Positions 50,337 through 54,802 of a DNA stretch of 54,802 nt are shown here, piece by piece (positions within the stretch are counted from its first letter, which is position 1; each line of letters begins with the position of its first letter). Under the pieces are notes generated by a model. The model was not told the DNA's origin and did not search any database. It was given only the letters and a program-made list of their open reading frames with translations. The translations under genes were made by a program, and so were the position numbers. The DNA lies in NCBI GenBank assembly GCA_964485495.1, contig CAZAKE010000005.1:8798-63599 (forward strand), in the 5' to 3' direction. This DNA is from an uncultured Spirochaetales bacterium. Lineage in GTDB: Bacteria; Spirochaetota; Spirochaetia; CAZAKE01.

Positions 50337-51032
50337 TCAGTTCCTCCCGCTCCCGTTCTTCCTTTCGTCGGAGACGATCTCCCCATCGTGGAGTTGCACC
50401 AGACGGTGGGCGTAGTCCATCACCATGCTGTCGTGGGTGGAGAAGATGAAACTGGTCTTGTGCTGCGCATTCAACTCCTCCATCAGCTTCAGGATCGATT
50501 CGCCGGTCTTCGAGTCCAGGTTGGCGGTAGGCTCGTCGGCCAGTACCAGAGGCGGATTTTTGATCAAGGCCCTGGCCACCGCCACGCGCTGCTGTTGTCC
50601 ACCCGAGAGCTCAGACGGCTTGCGGTCCTCCATCCCCTCCAGACCCACCTCCGCCAGGAGTGCCATTGTGCGGGTCTTGATCTCCTTCTCATCCTGCGTC
50701 AGGAGCGAGAGGGCGAAGGAGACGTTCTCGAACGCGGTCAACACCGGGATCAGATTGAACGACTGGAACACGAATCCGATCTTCTTTCGCCTCAGCATAG
50801 CCAGCTCCAGCTTGCTCTTCCCCGAGACCGGTTCGCCGTCGAAGATCACCTCCCCCGAATTCGGTGTGTCCAGGCACCCGATCAGGTTGAGGAGAGTCGT
50901 CTTTCCGGAACCCGAAGGACCGGCGATAGACAGAAACTCGCCCTCGCCGATCTCCAGACTCACACCCCGCAGGGCGTGAACCGTGGTTTCTCCGGATACG
51001 TAATCCTTCTTAACGTTCTCTACCTTGACCAT
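50337..51032 (-). CDS. ABC transporter ATP-binding protein (LolD/MacB-type)
   Basis: Walker A GPSGSGKTTLLN. Q-loop. LSGGQQQRVAVARAL. Walker B LVLADEPTANLD. H-loop STHD. Confidence 0.92.
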   Translation of the reverse strand: MVKVENVKKDYVSGETTVHALRGVSLEIGEGEFLSIAGPSGSGKTTLLNLIGCLDTPNSGEVIFDGEPVSGKSKLELAMLRRKKIGFVFQSFNLIPVLTAFENVSFALSLLTQDEKEIKTRTMALLAEVGLEGMEDRKPSELSGGQQQRVAVARALIKNPPLVLADEPTANLDSKTGESILKLMEELNAQHKTSFIFSTHDSMVMDYAHRLVQLHDGEIVSDERKNGSGRN

Positions 51033-51038
51033 TGCATT

Positions 51039-52226
51039 TCACTCCTTAGGTTTCTCATCTGTGGCGTTGTCACCAACATCTGTACCAGCATCCGGGTCGG
51101 TATCCTGATCGGCGTTTGTTTTCAGCTCCTTATCGAGCATGCTCCGCACCGGTTCATCGAAGGCGTCCTTGCCGACCGCCGCCGCGCCCATCACTGTGCC
51201 GATGTTCATGGTACCCAGAATCGAAGAGGGTAACACCATGAGGGATCCCTTCTGCCTGATCCCCTCATACACCATGTTCATGGCACGCAAGTGGAGGGCC
51301 GTCTCGTTGCCTTGGTATACCTTTGCGGCCTCTTCGAACTTCTTGGCGACCTCGATCTCCGCGTCGCCCAGGATGCTCCTGGACAGAAGCTCCCGCTCCG
51401 CCTGGGCCCGTTTGCTCAAGGCATCCTCCAGCTCCTTGGGGATGATGATATCGGTAAACTCGATGGAGAGGATCGTGATTCCCCAGGGATTCGTCTTGGC
51501 ATCGAGGGCTTTCTGCGTCATGTCCGCCAGCTTCTCCCGTTCGGAGAGAAGCTCTCGGAAGTCGTGCTTCCCGATAGAGTCCCGGAGCGCGGTCTGCGCC
51601 GACAGGGTCACCGCCTCGAGGAAATCCTGCACCTCCAGGATGGCTCGCTTGGCATCCCAGATCATCCAGAAGGCAAGCGCGTCCACGTGGACCGGCACCA
51701 TGTCCTTGGTCAGGGTCTTTTCTGCACTGAAGTCGGTGGCCCGGATACGGGTGTCTACAAATGCGGCGATCCTGTCGGCCAAGGGCATCAGCATGAACAG
51801 ACCGGGTCCGTGTACCTTGCGGAACTTTCCGAACCGGAGCACCACCACCTTGTCCCAGTGGAACACCAGCTGAAAGGACGCGGAAATCACCAGACCCATG
51901 ATACCGATCCCGAATGCCACCGGCGGAACCGCCTTGACGGTGATCGCCAGTGCGATGGGGATCAAGATCAGAAGCTGAAGCACCACTCCCCACATCGGTA
52001 ACGCGGCTACCACTCCACCCCCGATCAGGAGGAACGCCGCCACCGCCGCCACGGCGGTCATGTCCACCCCGGGATCGACCTGTGTCTGTGCCGCGATCCC
52101 CGCCGCGATGAACAGCACCAGTATCAGGTATGAGAAGGCGTTGTAGTTGAAGTCCTTGGGAATGCTCCTCTTCGGTAAATTCTTGATCCTCTCAATCCTG
52201 TCCATTCTGCTCTGGAACAATTTCAT
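51039..52226 (-). CDS. SPFH/band-7 (stomatin/prohibitin-like) membrane protein with extended multi-TM N-terminus
   Basis: SPFH core (VVVLRFGKF...GPGLFMLMP...TKDMVPVHVDALAFW...). Coiled-coil C-terminus. Start may be the downstream ATG at 52205. Confidence 0.75.
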   Translation of the reverse strand: MKLFQSRMDRIERIKNLPKRSIPKDFNYNAFSYLILVLFIAAGIAAQTQVDPGVDMTAVAAVAAFLLIGGGVVAALPMWGVVLQLLILIPIALAITVKAVPPVAFGIGIMGLVISASFQLVFHWDKVVVLRFGKFRKVHGPGLFMLMPLADRIAAFVDTRIRATDFSAEKTLTKDMVPVHVDALAFWMIWDAKRAILEVQDFLEAVTLSAQTALRDSIGKHDFRELLSEREKLADMTQKALDAKTNPWGITILSIEFTDIIIPKELEDALSKRAQAERELLSRSILGDAEIEVAKKFEEAAKVYQGNETALHLRAMNMVYEGIRQKGSLMVLPSSILGTMNIGTVMGAAAVGKDAFDEPVRSMLDKELKTNADQDTDPDAGTDVGDNATDEKPKE

Positions 52227-52653
52227 ATCGCTCCTCCTGAAAATTCTCTCTGTTCTCGAGACAGCACTGCATATCCTGCAGGAACGCGATCAACTCGCGG
52301 AGTGAAAACCCATACGAGTTGGCCTTTGTGACGAACCCTCTGCATAGCTCGTTGAGAATACGCTCGCGCTCCACCTGATCGAGTTCGATCTTCTTGTCGC
52401 CGATGAACGTCCCGGTTCCCTGTTGGGTGGTGACGATGCCCCTGATCTCGAGCTCGTTATACGCCCGGGCGACGGTATTGGGATTGATCTGTAGATCCAC
52501 GGCTAAACTCCGTACGGTCGGCAGCTGGTCCCCCGTTCCGATCCGGTTGTCGGCGATGGCCATCTCCACCTGCAGGATTATCTGCTTGTAGTAGGGTACA
52601 CCGCTCTTCAGATCGAGGCTGAATTCGAGTCTGTTTGCATTTTCTCTTGCCAT
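52192..52653 (-). CDS. GntR-family transcriptional regulator (YtrA-like short subfamily)
   Basis: N-terminal wHTH GDQLPTVRSLAVDLQINPNTVARAYNELEIRGIVTTQQGTGTFI. Short C-terminal domain. First gene of the ABC operon. Confidence 0.85.
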   Translation of the reverse strand: MARENANRLEFSLDLKSGVPYYKQIILQVEMAIADNRIGTGDQLPTVRSLAVDLQINPNTVARAYNELEIRGIVTTQQGTGTFIGDKKIELDQVERERILNELCRGFVTKANSYGFSLRELIAFLQDMQCCLENRENFQEERYEIVPEQNGQD

Positions 52654-52865
52654 CCGCGACCTCAGTTCGGCAAAAGTTGTATGAAAGTATTAGTACAATA
52701 AAAAATAGAACAGAATTGCCCATTTGTCAAGGGACTTTCGACGTTTTTACTTGAACTTACACAGTCGGAACGGCCGGAACGGCATATTCCGCTCTGCACG
52801 CCGAACCGGAGGTTTCTCGAAGTTTTCTCACTCACCGCTTGCCCTTTTATTACCGCAGCCATATA

Positions 52866-53354
52866 ATGGCGTTCTTCACACCAACATCTGACCGACGACT
52901 GCGGGAACATATGCAGGGAATACTGGAAAATCGGATCTTCTGGGCGGCCCTTGCCGCAATGGTGGCTGCTCAGGTTCTGAAGGTCGTACTCATCTTGGTA
53001 CTCAGCCGGAAATTCCAGCCGTTCAGGCTGATGGAGACCGGCGGCATGCCCAGCTCGCATACCTCCTCGGTGGCGGCTCTGGTTACGGGAATCGTCATGG
53101 AACACGGCTGGGAGAGCCCCCTATTCGCCATCGCCATGGTGTTCGGCACCATCGTCATGTACGACGCCATGGGCGTTCGCCGAGCGGCGGGAAAACATGC
53201 CGAGATGATCAACGAGCTGTACAGCCAGCTGTCCCACCTTTTCGAGAGCGGCGAAGCCCAGGAGAAGGCCTTGAAGACCCTACTCGGACACACCTATCCC
53301 CAGGTACTGGTCGGGCTGATCCTGGGAATCTCCGTCGCGCTGATTATTGTCTAA
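52866..53354 (+). CDS. divergent PAP2-family / DUF212 membrane protein (YuiD-like)
   Basis: GGMPSSHTSSVAALVTGI is the signature segment of PF02681. 4 TM. Start ATG 52866 or 52911; the ORF track used TTG 52839. Confidence 0.65.
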   Translation: MAFFTPTSDRRLREHMQGILENRIFWAALAAMVAAQVLKVVLILVLSRKFQPFRLMETGGMPSSHTSSVAALVTGIVMEHGWESPLFAIAMVFGTIVMYDAMGVRRAAGKHAEMINELYSQLSHLFESGEAQEKALKTLLGHTYPQVLVGLILGISVALIIV

Positions 53355-53389
53355 ACCGGAAGGCACATACCCGGGAGGTGACCGTCTTT

Positions 53390-54622
53390 ATGCGTCTCTT
53401 TGCACCGTTCTCATTCGTGCTTCCCACCCGCATCGAATTCGGCTCCGGAATCTCGGAGAGACTGCCGGATGTGCTACGGGAATCTGGGCTCCGCCGCCCG
53501 TTGGTGGTGACCGACCCGGGATACCTGACTACCTCCGGGTTCGAACGGATCCGTGCCTGCTTGGACGAAGCCGGAATCGGATACGAAATTTTCTCCGACA
53601 TCGAACCGAATCCTAAGGACCGGAACGTATCGGCCGGTGCCGAAGCGGTGCTGTCCATGAAGGCCGACTGCCTGGTGGCAATCGGCGGTGGCAGCCCCAT
53701 GGATTGCGCCAAGGCCTGCTCCGCAGTTGCCGCGGGAGCGGTGTTGGAGAACGCGAAAGATGCTGCCGGTCGCACATCATCGAATGTACTCAGATTTCCG
53801 GCACACTACCGGGACCCGCAAAACATCCCCGGATCACCCCTCCCCCTCATCACGATACCCACCACCGCCGGCACCGGGAGCGAGGTCACCTTCAGCGCCG
53901 TCATCACAGACACCGTAGAATCGTACAAGTATACCATCAAGTCTCCCCGGATCGCTCCTATGATTGCCCTGGTGGACCCGGTCTTGACACACTCGATGCC
54001 GCCGTCCCTCACCGCGGCCACGGGCATGGACGCCCTGACCCATGCCGTGGAGGCCTATACGGCCCTGGCCGCGGAGCCCATCGCGGACGCCTGCGCCCTG
54101 GCCGCCGTCACCCACATCGCACGGCACCTCCGGAGAGCCGTCTCCGACGGCACCGATTCGGATGCCCGGGAGGGTATGATGATGGGCAGCCTCCTGGCGG
54201 GCCTGGCCTTCAGCCACTCCGACGTCGCCGCGGTGCACTGCATCGCCGAAGCCCTGGGCGGCATGTACGACCTGCCCCACGGCCTCTGCAACGCGATATT
54301 CCTGCATCCGGTGATGAAGTTCAACCTGGAGTACTGCACCGAACGCTACGCCGACATCGGCCGGGTCTGGCGTCAAGGAGCGCCGGGCATGGGAACCGAC
54401 ACCATCTCGTCGTCAGAAACCTACGACCTGGCCGAACAGGCGGTGGCGACGGTCAAGCAGCTGGCCCGGGAGGTGGGACTGCCGTCCTTCTCGGACCTGA
54501 AGGTTCCGAAATCCGACTATCCCGCCATCGCCCGGAAATCCGCGGCCAACGGCAGCAACCCGGACAATCCGCGGCTCATGTCGGAGGAGGAGTACCTCGA
54601 GATCCTCGAATCATTGGGATGA
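53390..54622 (+). CDS. iron-containing (group III) alcohol dehydrogenase
   Basis: GGGSPMDCAKA (GGGS NAD motif). Metal-binding His cluster (HAVEAYT, HCIAEALGG..HG). GGGAGGTG SD 9 nt before ATG 53390. Confidence 0.85.
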   Translation: MRLFAPFSFVLPTRIEFGSGISERLPDVLRESGLRRPLVVTDPGYLTTSGFERIRACLDEAGIGYEIFSDIEPNPKDRNVSAGAEAVLSMKADCLVAIGGGSPMDCAKACSAVAAGAVLENAKDAAGRTSSNVLRFPAHYRDPQNIPGSPLPLITIPTTAGTGSEVTFSAVITDTVESYKYTIKSPRIAPMIALVDPVLTHSMPPSLTAATGMDALTHAVEAYTALAAEPIADACALAAVTHIARHLRRAVSDGTDSDAREGMMMGSLLAGLAFSHSDVAAVHCIAEALGGMYDLPHGLCNAIFLHPVMKFNLEYCTERYADIGRVWRQGAPGMGTDTISSSETYDLAEQAVATVKQLAREVGLPSFSDLKVPKSDYPAIARKSAANGSNPDNPRLMSEEEYLEILESLG

Positions 54623-54648
54623 GGCGGTCAAACGTATCCTACTGGGTG

Positions 54649-54800
54649 CAGCAATTCGAAGAGTAAGTAGAAAGTAAGACGTTAATCAGTTCCTTTTCTG
54701 CGATATCGACTTCGTTCCTCGTCGACGCCAGAGAAAAGGCATAAAATACAGAGTGATCATGCACATTCCAAATGTAGCTACTGCTACATTTGGAATTGCT
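54649..54800 (+). repeat. intergenic conserved element copy 3, immediately after the ADH stop; runs to the window edge
   Basis: Near-identical to copy 2 including the hairpin ATTCCAAATGTAGC-tact-GCTACATTTGGAAT. Confidence 0.8.
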
Positions 54801-54802
54801 TA

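Noticed and set aside
53704-54666. 320-aa Arg/Gly/Pro-rich ORF in an alternative frame of the alcohol dehydrogenase gene.
   Set aside because: Low-complexity translation of a GC-rich alternative frame. The ADH frame has canonical Fe-ADH motifs.

Overview
This is a high-GC (~60%) bacterial chromosomal segment. Most genes are housekeeping genes identified from the six-frame translations. Gene content suggests (inference only) a Spirochaetota-like genome: groEL with no adjacent groES, a yajC-secD-secF operon, a 7TM sensor kinase, an HD-GYP response regulator, a long PfkA-type phosphofructokinase and many two-component genes.

Genes present include fabD, a BASS transporter, several sensor kinases and response regulators, degP/htrA, groEL, a PAS-GGDEF-EAL protein, birA, mnmA, an arginine cluster (argR-argC-argB-argG plus a short GNAT), pgi, pfk, galE, an M20 peptidase-GpgS-ABC ATPase operon, a GntR-SPFH-ABC-FtsX-FtsX-LolA-like-OMP operon, a DUF212 protein and an Fe-ADH. 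No rRNA, tRNA or CRISPR was seen.

Candidates for something undescribed:
1. An ECF sigma / anti-sigma / secreted caspase-domain protein operon. The caspase protein carries about 13 C-terminal '[VIL]FNI...GxQxAG' tandem repeats.
2. An intergenic element of about 150 nt present in three same-orientation copies upstream of galE, upstream of the peptidase-GpgS operon, and at the window end. Each copy ends in a perfect hairpin.
3. A 7TM-GAF-PAS histidine kinase fused to a C-terminal GNAT-like acyltransferase domain, with a Cys4 motif.
4. A C12/G10 homopolymer pair just after the lipobox of a surface lipoprotein, which looks like a phase-variation switch.
5. A 9-bp tandem repeat array in the pfk promoter.

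Start codons are often uncertain because the ORF track reports the longest ORFs, including TTG/GTG starts. Many long antisense ORFs are GC artefacts.
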